Assembly: GCF_006345805.1 (NCBI RefSeq)
Contig: NC_042999.1
Location: forward strand, 64,728,001 to 64,792,000
Source of the DNA: Octopus sinensis
Taxonomy: Eukaryota
DNA: 64,000 bases
Direction of reading: 5' to 3'
Within the stretch, counting starts at the first letter, position 1. The number at the start of each line of letters is the position of its first letter. The notes beneath the pieces are model-generated. The model had not been told where the DNA came from, did not search any database, and was given only the letters and a program-made list of their open reading frames with translations. Shown one piece after another: positions 39,715 to 53,587 of this stretch. The position numbers and the translations under genes were made by a program.

Positions 39715-39885
39715 GACATACACATACGACACACTTCCACGTAGCTTTCATCTACCAAATTCACAAAGCATTGATTGATTCGGATCTATAAAAGAAGACA
39801 CTTGCCCAAGGTTTCGCGCAGTGTGACTGTAACCAAAATCCCGTGTTTGCAAAGTGAGCTTTTTAGCCACTTAGCCATACTTGCC
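39715..39885 (-). mobile_element. Diverged SINE B 5' half
   Basis: GAAGACACTTGCCCAAGG...GCGCAGTG motif. Confidence 0.65.
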
Positions 39886-39959
39886 CTAATAATTTTATGT
39901 ATTCACTTATGTATTTGAAGGACCAAGGTATATAAATAAACAAGCAGTGAAATGGTAAT

Positions 39960-40232
39960 GCCAAAGAAGGTTCCATCATTTAGACCTTGGTAAGTCAAAT
40001 GATCTCCCTGTGTGTAAGTGGCTATGTATTTCACAGATCCGTGTACCCTTGATGTGATCCTTAGACAGAACCAGCGTGGCACAGTATGACAAGACCATAC
40101 TTTTGAATTATAGGCACAATCTATTTCGACAGGTTTCGACACAGTTTCTGTCTTCTTAATTTCGCTCTCAAGCCCTTGTGTCTGAGAAACAAACGTCTTA
40201 ACCATTCAGCCATATTGCGTCTACTCCAATAT
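39960..40232 (-). mobile_element. Diverged tRNA-headed SINE (family C-like)
   Basis: Minus strand ATGGCTGAATGGTTAAG head and AAGGGTACACG...AGCCACTTACAC body. Confidence 0.45.
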
Positions 40233-40974
40233 TTATTTCTGCTAAAACTTTCTATTACCCTTCTAGCCGATGTCTAGCTTGAGACATCCAGAAGATTAGA
40301 GCTCTGGAAGAGAAATTCCTAGGAGTAAGAAATTATGCGATGAATTCGAATTGGGTAGATTATATATTTATATAACAAAATCTTATTAAAATTTTGTTTT
40401 TAAGATGGTTTAGTTTTGAACCAAATCTAGAAACCAGCATCCGTATAAGTTTCTAGGATTAGCTGCTAAATAAAAGAGTTTCAATAAGGATTGAAAACTA
40501 TCCTAATCTCAAACGCAAATGCTGATAATGAGAGATGGATTTATCGTCGTTGTTGATTGTTAGATTTTAACAAATCAACTTTGATTCGCAGACTGTATTT
40601 TTGAAGGAGCATGTTGATATTGTTATCTGATATTTCTAGCTTAAGATCCAACTGCATAATGGCTTCTTTAGCTTACATTGTTAGAAATAGTAAGTTTGCT
40701 GACTTAGTAAACAAGAAACCCTACAATAACTTCGAAGATATTTTAATGAAAGTACTTAAGACAGTTTTTCCAAACTCATATTACTTTAAAATTCTTCTGA
40801 CATTAGCAATGTTTTATTATGGTTAACGAAAAAATGTCAGTTATTTTTTCTATAATCTCCTTAATATTTTTCATTGTATTCCTCAATTTCTTCATAATTT
40901 CGAGTCTCCAATTTCTAATTTATAATTTCTGTCTGCCTAAAAGACTTTAATTACTCATAAATTCACGAACATAT

Positions 40975-41132
40975 ACACACATACATATACACAGACACAC
41001 AAACATATACACGCATACACATACAAAGATACAGACATAAAACATTCGCGGACACTCGAGGAAGATAAACACATACATACAAGCACACATATGTGCAAAT
41101 CCATATCCAAACACACACACACACACACACAC

Positions 41133-41175
<43 letters not shown>

Positions 41176-41326
41176 CACACACAGACACACACAGACACAC
41201 ACACACAGACACACACACACAGACAGACACACACAGACACACACACAGACACAGACACACACACAGACACAGACACACACACACAGACACAGACACACAC
41301 ACACACACACACGCACACACACACAC

Positions 41327-41365
<39 letters not shown>
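40975..41365. repeat. (CA)n/(CAGA) compound microsatellite
   Basis: Direct reading. Confidence 0.95.
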
Positions 41366-41367
<2 letters not shown>

Positions 41368-41759
41368 TAAATCTCACTAAATCAAACCCATAAAGACACA
41401 AATTTACATACACATACCATCCACACATATATACGCATATATTCATGCACATACGCACGTACACAATTAAATATCGACATAACGAGAAAATAAAAGGCAA
41501 TAGAGCAGAAAATAAAATTTATCGTATTATTAATTAAGAGGAAACAAAATACGAGTGAAACAGTTATGTTTCATTTTTACTTCTCCAGTATCCAAGTAAA
41601 CTTTGGAATGCTTCAATGTTGTGCTATATTTCAAGACATGTGATGTATGCATCACGTCTTGCGTTGTGCATAGATATATGGCATGTGTTGTGATATGCTA
41701 CATCTAGAGTTTTATGATAAATGTGTGCAAATACTAAATCTATGTATGTCTGCCTTATG

Positions 41760-42080
<321 letters not shown>

Positions 42081-43786
42081 TGTGATGTATATATACATAT
42101 GAAGCATCTCAGCCTAACTACACATATGATATATCTCAACGTATGAGATATTGATACACATGATGTATATAGAAATGTAATATGCCTAGTCATGCTATTT
42201 ATTTAGTCATGTATCTTGCTTAATCCTATAAGGTGCCTATATGTGTATGATATATCGATGTATACGATTCACCATCTCATAGCACGTATTTAAACATATG
42301 ATGTATCCGGACATGTGATGCGTCTGACGACGTCACGCATATTAATTTGTGAAATACTCATATATATCACATGCCTAGTCATGTGCTATTTCTAAACCAG
42401 ATACACCTGGATAGGTGATATAGCTTTACATATGATGTCACGTAATTCATGTAGCCATATAATATATCAGTTTATTATGACGTATGTGGAGGAAGTAAGC
42501 TATGTGTGTTTGGAGACAATCTCTGTTCCATCTATAATTGCAGAATTACTTGCATTTAGCTATACAAATTATGGTTTACTAAAAGTTTTGCAACTTCTCT
42601 TGCCTCTTGTACACCTACACATTCAATTTATACTCTAAGTCTTCAATAGTAAGGCAGCTTTAATAAGAATCTGTTATATTAAAATGCTAATGATACATAC
42701 CTGTGGTGTAAAAAGTCTGTTACACTGTGGAAAGGGATGGTGAAAGTGTAAGCGCAATACAGAGAAAATTCAAACGAACGCCACTCGAATGTGCATGCAT
42801 ACAAAAGTAATTGACGTTGACGCATATACATACTGACGTTATTTAGCTGTGTGTATAAATGTGTGCTTGTACGTGTGTGTATGAATGCGTGAGAGGATGA
42901 GGGCATCTGTATATGCGCTCACGTCATTAGCGTTTGTGTACGCGTGTGTATGCCAATTATATAATGTTACGTGCTTTTTATTTATTGTTACCGAAACGGA
43001 GTTTGTTGTGTTACGCGAGAGATGATTCTATTGTTTTTTTCCAAATTATTGATGCTTTCTGTCGGTCGCAACTCCTGACAGTGTCACCATTTTCATGGAT
43101 AGGACAGCATTTGAATTCAAGATACAGAGATCTAGAACGAATATTACAAGTATCCTGTACAAGAGACTAATAATTCACCAGTCCACTGTCCTAGATTAGT
43201 ACGTTATTTTTATAGACCTGAAGAGGTAAAAAAGCAAAAATAACCTCTGAGGGATTTGAACTCACTAAACTGAGACGGAAAACAAATGTCATAAGGCTTT
43301 TTATTGGACTCTAATAATTCTGCTAATTCGAAAGGCAGTCCAGAAGCTTAAACGTATTTACGATGAGATCAAACAACGTAACAAGGATCATGCACGTTTG
43401 GTCGCTATTCTCTTTAGAATTGGCACAGTCATACCATTTGAACAATGTAAGAAGGATTATTCGTCATTTCGGCTGCTATTCTCTTTGAATTTGGTGCTTT
43501 CATGCCATTTTAAACTTAAGCTAGCTTTGCATACACGTGATTTCTGGTAGGCATTTAGATCAACGAGGTGTTGCGATGCTCACCATTCTCCTAGTTAAAT
43601 TCTGTTTTAGAAATCACTTGGAAAATATTACAGTTTAGCTACCATTATTTACAGTAGTGAATTATACCATCTAATCGTATCATCCATTCCTGTCACTGTC
43701 GTTTATCGCCAAGTAACCCATGTTCGACAACAATCATAATAAACGGTATTTCAGCAGTGAACAATATATATATATATATATATATA

Positions 43787-43914
43787 TACTAAGCAATAAA
43801 GGGTTTATTGCTTAGTATTACTTAAATTTTCCTCGAATGAGGCTTTTACATGCCGAAGACTACTTGGTGTAATTGATAATTATTCCAAATTAATTAATTT
43901 CACCCTTCATTATT

Positions 43915-43920
<6 letters not shown>
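43787..43920 (+). mobile_element. Family E tail fragment with a 14-bp terminal fold-back, between (TA)n tracts
   Basis: TACTAAGCAATAAA-GGG-TTTATTGCTTAGTA, then the tail matching the reverse complement of 16685-16790. Confidence 0.8.
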
Positions 43921-43980
<60 letters not shown>

Positions 43981-44749
43981 TTTTAATTTTGGTATAGTGT
44001 ATCCCTGACTACATTATCTAATATGTCATCTTTTGTTTTACTGTAAATTCTTGGCGGTCGAACGATGTCACAGATGTTTACTCGTCGAATTTTATAAACA
44101 TATATAGAGTAACCGAAAGTGAGTGGCCTAGAGGTTAGTGGTGCTGCACTGCATCGTATGGTCGTGCGTTCGGTTTCCGGATTAGATGGCGCATTTTGGT
44201 TTTTCAGTTGAAAAAAAAGCACGGCGATGAATTAACCACACAATAGACTGACATCTCGTCCAGACAGGTGTCGTCTAATCTCCGACACTTATCGTTACTA
44301 AAACCGGGATTGTTTATGTTTGGTTGAATACGTTTCTAGCTCAAGATAGACTTTATATTTTTCTTTCTATTTATACCTATCCGTTGAAGGCTAATTATCT
44401 TAACCATAACCAAACTGCTACATCGATGATTGGATTTGAATTAGTGACAAGTTATTTCGTTCTCATACCAATGATTACAATAGTCCGCAGCTCCTAGCCA
44501 TTGTAAATTCACGAGAGTAAATTCTTTCTGTTGACTTCCATTAATTTACAGTGTCAAACATGCCACACACCCATTTAATTAGAGGGTTTGTGTGGTCGAG
44601 TTCCACCGTTGTGGCTTTCAAATCTAATTACACCTGGGCACATCGCTTCTTACAAGAAAATTGTGGCTCTTGGGATTTACATCCTGTTGCAAACTTAAAG
44701 TGCAAGCAAGATTAAGAAAATTATTTCCGAATTTCTAGATGTAGTGAAA

Positions 44750-45410
44750 TTGTTTAGCGAAGCCAGGACAACTTCAGTATTGGCCAATGAAATCAACACC
44801 AGTACTTCACCAGTACTTTATTTTTTCGAGTTCAGAAGTATCAGGAACGAATTTAACCTAGCTAAGATTCGAACTCAGAACTTAAAGAGCCGGAAGTAAT
44901 ACCGATTTCAAATTTTGGCACAAGGCCCAGTAATTTCAGGAGAGGGGTACATCGATTATATTTATACTCATTTTATCGACTCCCGAAGGAGGAAAGACAA
45001 AATCGATCTCGGCGTAAATTGAACTCAGAACGTAGCGATAGACAAAATGGTGTTAGGCATCTTGCCCGGTGAGCTAACGGCTCTGCCAGCTCGCCGCCTC
45101 AGCTGCAAGGAATATTCCAAGACTTTTTATTCGACGCTTTCAAGATTCTGCCAATCCGACAAACTGAACAACTTCTTTCTAGTTTTAGTTTTACCATGCA
45201 CAAAGAGGATGCTAGAAATTTGGTTGTGAGAGGAATGGTTGATTATATCGACCTCAGTATTTTACTGGTATTCTTTTACCAACTTCAGAATGATAAAAGG
45301 CAATATTAATCACAGTGGTATTTGAATTAAGAACATAAAAGTCTAGAACTAAGCAGATCAAGGTGCTTTGTCCGTAAGTATAACTATTCAGCCAATCTTC
45401 CATCTCAAGA
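44750..45410 (-). mobile_element. Cluster of old SINE A copies
   Basis: Repeated GAACTCAGAAC, TTTTATCGAC and TTTCAAATTTTGGCACAAGG motifs. Confidence 0.7.
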
Positions 45411-45624
45411 CAACAGTCAATGTGTATTCAAGAAGAGTAGGCCAGTATATAACTGACAATTGTAATGGTTATAAAGTTTTTATATCTTATCGGAGATAAT
45501 AGGACTTAGTAGTTCTTATTTAATTCACTGCTGTTTAATAGGAGGAATGTTGAATGAGAATAGAGTAATAAATTCTACTTTGCTGAGACTAAATGTACAG
45601 ATAAACGAATACTAGTTAAAAGCA

Positions 45625-45638
45625 TAATAATAACAATG

Positions 45639-45707
<69 letters not shown>

Positions 45708-45730
45708 GTAATAATAATAATAATAATAGC
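45625..45730. repeat. (AAT)n microsatellite
   Basis: Direct reading. Confidence 0.97.
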
Positions 45731-46649
45731 AATATCATTGTTGCACTGACATCCGTTAAGAACGCTTCGTCTCCATTTAAGAACCAAATTCCTTCCATTG
45801 ATTTGGTATTTAAGACAATGAAATTGAACATAGAATACAATAAAGATATGCGAAATAATACGGACAATGGGAATTCTATGCAAGTTGTGGCTAATTAAAT
45901 GCTTTAGACGTGAATATCCCTATGTTACTAAAATTGTAAAACCGAATTTCAATCAAAGATCAAATAAGAATAAAGACAATGAATTAAATATAAGAAAGTC
46001 GTATTAATGATATCAGACTGTTAATATAACTTGCTTTATCACGCATCATTCTTTGATGCTATACTCGCATTGATTTCAGATATTACGCGGCTCAAGACAA
46101 TTTTTTTTTTGAATTGATAATCTTCATCGTAATTATGACGTAGGTTGAACAATATAATATTTTCCATGTCGTTCGAAAAGTTCAAACTACACAGCTTAAA
46201 ATGTCTGCTTGCAAAATAGTTATTTCCGGCAAAAAAAAAAAAAAAAGAAATTACATTTTAACATGATTTAAATACTTGTAGCATAAGCATTACCGTGCGG
46301 ATAAAAAGTCAGTTTCTTATACAAATGACAATACACAGCAAATGGTCAAATGGTACGATGTTCGACCCTGTTACGATGCAGTCATCCAGTTGTTCATCAT
46401 CTAATGAAGACTCTGCTGAGAACGAGCTGAGAGAAAATTAGGCAAAAACGTTGGTTTTGGTTATCCCCTTTTAACCTTGATAAAGGCTGACTAAAATAAG
46501 AAACTGAGCTATATAGTACTTTATGCTGTGCGTTGTAACAGGTAGATTACCACACTATTACTGATGCTACCATATCAGCCGTAACAACATCAAATGCCTT
46601 ATATGAAGCACTTAAAGATACAACTGTCGAAAACATTCAGAACTTACTC

Positions 46650-46852
46650 TCTCGTAACTCTTTTACTCTTTTACTTGTTTCAGTCATTTGACTGCGACCG
46701 TGCTGAAGCACCGCCTTTAGTCGAGCAAATCGACCCCAGGACTTATTCTTTGTAAGCCTAGTACTTATTCAGTCGGTCTCTTTTGCCGAACTGCTAAATT
46801 ACGGGGACGTAAACACACCAGTAATAGTTGTCAAGTGATGTTGGGACACACA

Positions 46853-46939
<87 letters not shown>

Positions 46940-47012
46940 CGACGGGCTTCTTTCAGTTTCCGTCTGCCAAGTCCACTCACAAGGCTTTGGTTGGCCCGAG
47001 GCTATAGTAGAA
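46650..47012 (-). mobile_element. SINE family B, 5'-truncated, with internal (CA)/(TA) tract
   Basis: Reverse complement of 52160-52530. Confidence 0.9.
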
Positions 47013-47019
47013 GACTATA

Positions 47020-47570
47020 ATAATTATCCGGACTGTTGCCATAGTAACGAAGCTAAAGCATGCACAAAGAAGCTGCTTGGCACAGATTGACCTTGAACTC
47101 TGCTGTGCATGGATTCTCAGTTTTAACGTTATCGCTCACTTTCCATTTTTACAGCAGTACTTGGAAGTGACGTGTCTAGTGTGTGATCGTCGCATTTGCC
47201 ATGACAGAAAATCTTTGTCATGGCGTTACCTGCTCAGAAGCCTACGCAAAGTTACAGAAAGTATATGGAAAGGAGCGTATGAGTCGCACATGAGTGTACG
47301 TGTGGTTCAGATGCTTCCAAGATGGCCGAAAAATGTCGATATTGACGATCGTTCTGGGAGACCCGCAACCAGCAGTACTGAGAAAGACATCACCGGTGTG
47401 TGTGCATCGAATCAGCATCTGTGAGTTATCAAAGAAGATTAGTTACGCTTCCGTTCAGTCAATTATCACTGAAGATTTCGGTATTAGACACGTGTCTGTA
47501 AAGTTTGTGTGCCAAAACTGCTTTCAGCTGACCAGAATGACATTCGGGTTTCAGTTGCACAAGATCTCCT
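47020..47570 (+). mobile_element. Decayed mariner 5' end and transposase N-terminus
   Basis: VYVWFRCFQDGR..DDRSGRP...SVQSIITEDFGIRHVSVKF(V)PKLLSADQ (mariner HTH and WVP-like motif). Confidence 0.8.
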
Positions 47571-47623
47571 TCTGCAACTATACATTTTGCTTGGCATTCT
47601 AACAATTCTGCTAGCTCACACCC

Positions 47624-47692
<69 letters not shown>

Positions 47693-47984
47693 GTTTTGTA
47701 CTGGGCAGTAAGGATAGATGAAATACTGCTAAGGAGCATAAAGATGGACGAAACACCACTAAGAAATGTAAAGAAGGATGAAATACCGCTAAGCATTTTG
47801 GCAGCTCACTGCCTTAAGTATTGATTTCAAATTTGGCACAAGGCCAGCAGTTTTGGTGGGAGGGGGCAAATCAATTACATTTCCCCCAGTACTCAACTGG
47901 TACTTATTTCATCGCCCTCTGAAAGAATGAAACGCAAAGTTCACCTTGGAAGAATTTGAATTCAGAATGTAAAGACAGATGAAA

Positions 47985-48300
47985 TGCTTTTGAAATCCTT
48001 CAAAAGAAAGCTTTCGAAAACTTTGCGTATGCCTCTGAGCAGGTATCGCCAAGCTTTTGGCAAAAGTTGATGCAAATTCTCTGCTCAAATGTCTTTATCT
48101 TGGTCAATGCAACGACCACACGTTACAACGTTACTTGCAAGCACTGTTGGAAACAACTGAAGTGAGCTAGGACGTTAAAACTTAGCGTGCAAGCAGAGCG
48201 GAGTTCCGGATCGATCTGTGGCGAGCGTTTTGGCTTTAATATGCGTGCTTTAGCTTCGTTACTATAGCAACAGAGCGCTTACTTATTGATAAGACAACGT
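47985..48300 (-). mobile_element. Second mariner 5' end, inverted relative to 47020
   Basis: EQRICINFCQKLGDTCSEAYAKF on the minus strand; CTGTTGC(C/T)ATAGTAACGAAGCTAAAGCA shared in inverted orientation (47035 and 48273). Confidence 0.75.
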
Positions 48301-48343
48301 ATATATATATACATGCATAATACATACATACATACATACATAC

Positions 48344-48411
<68 letters not shown>

Positions 48412-48605
48412 TATATAGACATACATGTAAGTATTGTAAATAAATATATATATATATATTTATATATATACGTGTATATATATATAATAAGTTATATATA
48501 TATTTATATATACGGTGTATATATATAAGTATATGTATATACGTATATGTATATATATATATATATATATAATTATATATATATTATATATATATATATA
48601 TATAT
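48300..48605. repeat. (TA)n-rich microsatellite
   Basis: Direct reading. Confidence 0.9.
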
Positions 48606-48995
48606 GCATTTATTGTAAATATAAGCATGTCCGTCTCTAGGTGTGTATTTAAAATGTCTGCCGTACGAACATTTCTTTAACAACATGTCAAGATGTTGAA
48701 ATGACAGTTTCAGGTGTTCAGGTATCTTCATGTGTCACATTCGTTAGACACAAAGAACTATACAAGTTACGAAGCACAAAATTATGAAGAAAAAAAAATG
48801 TAAAAAAGCAATAAACATCTTCTACATTTCTTTATTTATTTGTTCATTCAGTTATTTGACTAAATACATTTATTTATTTATACAATACTGATGACTAAAT
48901 TACTGTATTGAAAGGAATGAGGCCGATACGTGATCTACCAAGTTTTGTAATTCTTACATACATACATACATAATGCATAATACATACATATACAC

Positions 48996-49045
<50 letters not shown>

Positions 49046-49747
49046 TCATAGTACAGCCATACATACATATGTATATATATGTGTATGCATGTATGTATAT
49101 ATAAAATATTTTATGCTTTTTAGCTTTCATATACGACAATACAGATATTGCTGCCGCGCTCCTCGCTTAACAATGAAATATGTACTGGAATATCTCTCTA
49201 CGTGTGAACTATTTCATTAACTGCGGTGTGGAAGAAGTATGAAAAAATGTTTACAACAATAGAAGCTACCACAATGAAGAGATGTTTCAGGTACCATATG
49301 TATGTAATTCTTGACGTGTCATTTCTTTAATATCTTATATAAGCACGGACACACACACACACACATACACACACACACACACACGCAACACACACACGCA
49401 CGCACACACACACACGCGCACACACAAACATAGAGGCATGAACACACGCACGCACACACACAGATGTACACGTAAACAAAAAGCACACACAAACATACAC
49501 ACGCACACATACACATGCACACATATGCGCACATAGACTGCATTCCGTTACATTAAAAAAAATTTTTTTTCTTCATCGTCGAAAAATATACGAAGAAAGG
49601 AATTTAAAACTTAAAGAAAATAAATTACAAAACAGAAAAAGAACAGAAATAGCGATAATTATATGCATTATATAGTGCTAAGTTGGTTAAATTTAGAATT
49701 AATCAAATGTGTCTATCGTACTTAGATGAATAATTCCAAAACGTTCA

Positions 49748-49798
<51 letters not shown>

Positions 49799-49995
49799 AA
49801 CAAAAAATAAAACAAAACAAAACACACAACAATATATTATAGTTATACAAACATATATACGAGCGGAGACAAAGTTATCTGCTAATCAAATTTGCTTCAT
49901 CCGCGGCGTATTAGTTGGCCATGTCTTTATGTATTCTCTATTAGAAACTAGCAATTTTGAAATTTGAGATAGTGAAGAGGGCAGTCATATATATA

Positions 49996-50243
49996 TATGG
50001 CAATTGCCATTTGGTGCATGAGAGAGTTCGATGCAGCTGCCCTCATCTGCACCTCCTGCCGTGAAGTTGGTTCATCTGGGACACCCGACAGGAAGAGATC
50101 CAGTTTTATTTTAAATACATCTGCATCCACCCCATGCAGGTCTCTCAGGTCCTTCGGGAGGATATTGAAGAGCTGTGGACCTCTGAAGCCCATGCTATCA
50201 CAGTATCTTGTCCTACATCTTGATGGCAAATTTGGAGTCCTTG

Positions 50244-50246
<3 letters not shown>
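49996..50246 (-). mobile_element. Second CR1-like fragment between (TA)n tracts
   Basis: High identity to about 33615-33860 (PSRCRTRYCDS.GFRGP.LFNILPK...). Confidence 0.92.
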
Positions 50247-50280
<34 letters not shown>

Positions 50281-50489
50281 TACGCGCCTTCACTAGTCAG
50301 TTAAGGTGACACAGTGTCACGTGACAACTTGCTGGGGGTGCCTGCTGGAGCCTATGCGGCAGGTATTTAAAGGGAAACATTTGACAAGTTAGTCAGTCAC
50401 CGGCTGACACTCGCTGACGATACATCGAAGAGGCCAGGGAACAGAAGAAAGAAGACACCTGCGAAAGAGGGGAGCATCGTGGAGCTTTA

Positions 50490-50582
50490 AGTACTTTCGC
50501 TCAATAAACACACACAATGCCTGGTCTGGGAATCGAAACCGCGAGTCCGCTGCCCTAACCACTGTGCCATTGTGCCTCCATA
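50490..50582 (-). mobile_element. tRNA-derived SINE head (family C)
   Basis: Minus strand TGGAGGCACAATGGCACAGTGGTTAGGGCAGCGGACTCGCGGTTTCGATTCCCAGACC (A and B boxes). Confidence 0.7.
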
Positions 50583-50639
50583 TATATATATATATATTAT
50601 ATATATATATATACGTGTGTTTGTGTGTGTATATGCTTG

Positions 50640-51362
50640 TTACCCCACAATCTCTTGACCATAAATCTTTGTTTGTCTCATCACCAGTGGTGAATGTTCT
50701 TCATGAAGGATGGGACGTGGTTTCCAGTCCTGCATATCCTGAACGGTTTCCATGTCGTTGAATTTTGTCGCCACTGAACGCATACATAAATATTCTATTG
50801 AAATGGAATGCAGTGATCCTGTGCGTGCTTATTCCCACTTCGTGAGCAATTTCCTCCATTGTTACACGAAGGTCTTCCTTGATTACTCACCGAACCTTCC
50901 CAATCGGATCCTCGTTCGGTTTATGGATCGCTTGCCTCAACGAAACCCCGCTCCTCTCAGAGATACAGCCATATTTGAAGCATTTGTAGCACTCCTTGAT
51001 CTGAGTTTTTTAATGTCTTATATAACCACACACACAGAGGCATGCACACGCACACACACAGATGTACTCGTAAGCAAGAAGCACACACAAACATACGCAC
51101 ACACACACACACGCACATAGACTGCATTTGAACTTGAGTATCCCCAAACTGTTGGCAAAACTTGACGCAAAATGCCTCCTCGATCCGACGAGCAAGCACT
51201 ACACACTTGTACACTAGACATAACAGTTAACTGACGAGGTTTGACGGTGCGAAATTTTTCACGCATACGCAGAAAGAGTGGCGTCCCAATATACATTTGC
51301 TCATGTAGCTTTACTGTTTGCAGAAGAAAATAAAGTCCGATACTTTGTGAACGCCCCTCGTA
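50640..51362 (-). mobile_element. Decayed mariner (5' TIR plus N-terminal transposase) interrupted by a CA-rich insert
   Basis: TA-CGAGGGGCGTTCACAAAGTATCGG TIR; FCVKFCQQFGDTQV ... IGKVR-VIKEDLRVTMEEIAHEVGIS. Confidence 0.8.
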
Positions 51363-51373
51363 TATATCGTTAT

Positions 51374-51453
<80 letters not shown>

Positions 51454-51455
51454 AA

Positions 51456-51490
<35 letters not shown>

Positions 51491-51683
51491 TGTATGTATG
51501 TATGTATGTATGTATGTATGCATGTATGTATGTATTTATGTATGTATGTATGTACGTATATATAATATATATTATATATATTATATTATATATATATATA
51601 TATTAATATAATATATACACATATATAAGCATGTATATACATATGTATAAATACTGTTTCCTTCCTTGTTTTTTTCTGTGTCC

Positions 51684-51719
51684 CTTTCTGTAGAAGAGCG
51701 TAGGCTCGAAACGTAAAAG
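51684..51719 (+). ncRNA. Minimal hammerhead-like motif with A6U core (family F, island about 51650-51812)
   Basis: CUUU-CUGUAGA-A-GAG(CGUAGG)CUC-GAAA-CG-UA/AAAG; 4-bp stem I, ACGU palindrome as stem III. Confidence 0.55.
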
Positions 51720-51835
51720 ACTTTTTCTATTCCTGAGCGTTATACTAATACATCTATTTGTTTTGTACACCACCTATCTTCGCCTTTGTTTTTTTTCGTA
51801 AACTCTCCCTATACATATATACATAGATATATATA

Positions 51836-52030
51836 CAAGGTGGGGTGCTCGAAAGTTGCTTGCTTTCGATAAAACAGAAGACAGGATGATCAGTTAATTA
51901 TGATTCTATTCTACATATTTCCCTCCGTGATTTACACACTTATTGCAGTGGTCCTCCATTTTCTCCAAGTACTCTAATAGAGATAGGAAGTTTTTGCCTC
52001 CAAACAGGCCTTTCACGATACTCTTGAAGC
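51836..52030 (-). mobile_element. Probable mariner 3' end
   Basis: TACAAGGTGGGGTGCTCGAAAGTT...ACACACTTATTGCAG..GTCC resembles mariner termini as recalled. Confidence 0.5.
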
Positions 52031-52082
52031 TAGGAACTTTTCAGCACCATCTCACACGCATATATGTATTTAAATAAGGATA

Positions 52083-52257
52083 TGCGTTGGAATGGCTGTG
52101 TTGTAAGTAGCTTCCTTACCAACCACATGGTTCCGGGTTCAGTCCTACTGCGTGGCACCTTGGGCAAGTGTCTTCTACTATAGCCCTCGGGCCGGACAAA
52201 GCCTTTGTAGTGGATTTGGCAGACGGAAACTGAAAGACCCATCGTATATATGTGTAC

Positions 52258-52306
<49 letters not shown>

Positions 52307-52535
52307 ATGTTCGTGTGTGTGTGTCTGTGTTTGTCCCCCCAACACCGCTTGACAACCGATGCTGGTGTGTTTAGGTCCCCGTAACTTAGCGGTTCGGCAA
52401 AAGAGACCGATAGAATAAGTACTAGGCTTACAAAGAATAAGTTCTGGGGTCGATTTGCTCGACTAAAGGCGGTGCTCCAGCATGGCCACAGTCAAATGAC
52501 TGAAAAAAGTAAAAGAGTAAAAGAATAAAAGAGAT
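52083..52535 (+). mobile_element. Full-length SINE family B (tRNA head, body, internal TA/TG tract, LINE-derived tail)
   Basis: TGGCTGTGTTGTAAG A box, GGTTCAGTCC B box, GGCACCTTGGGCAAGTGTCTTC body, tail GGCGGTGCTCCAGCATGGCCACAGTCAAATGACTG then (GTAAAAGA)n. Confidence 0.93.
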
Positions 52536-52555
52536 ATGTATGTAAATGTCGATAC

Positions 52556-52605
<50 letters not shown>

Positions 52606-52898
52606 TGTGTGTCGCAATGATTATAAACAATCTCCCGTTGTGCTCTGGTTGTCATGAACGCAGGGAAGCTGTCGATGGTCATTTGGGACCATGTAATTAA
52701 TGAGAGCTTTGCTCACAAATGGTATTATAAATATGAGCCTTAGGCAACAAAAGAACCTTTGATAAGGTCTGAACCAAATATACATAATTCTGTCTACCTC
52801 CTGTTTTTAAGTTCGCTTTCATACATTTTGTAATAATCTGCAAAGACTATATGCTACAACACAACTAATGTCTCCAATAGAACCGACGCAGGAAATAA

Positions 52899-53400
<502 letters not shown>

Positions 53401-53516
53401 GAAGTGTGTGCGCGCGTGCCTGCGTGTGCGTGTGTAGTTGACTGACACATCGAAAATTTAAGAAGCTTTGCATATAAATAATTAGACACAACACCGTCTG
53501 TAATTCAATTCTATGT

Positions 53517-53587
<71 letters not shown>

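Noticed and set aside
44118-44185. tRNA-like A/B-box sequence (also all SINE heads)
   Set aside because: No complete cloverleaf or acceptor stem; decayed SINE heads, not tRNA genes.
50285-50490. LTR-like stretch with TATTTAAA and GTCACGTGAC
   Set aside because: No TG...CA ends, second LTR, PBS or PPT visible; left unclassified.
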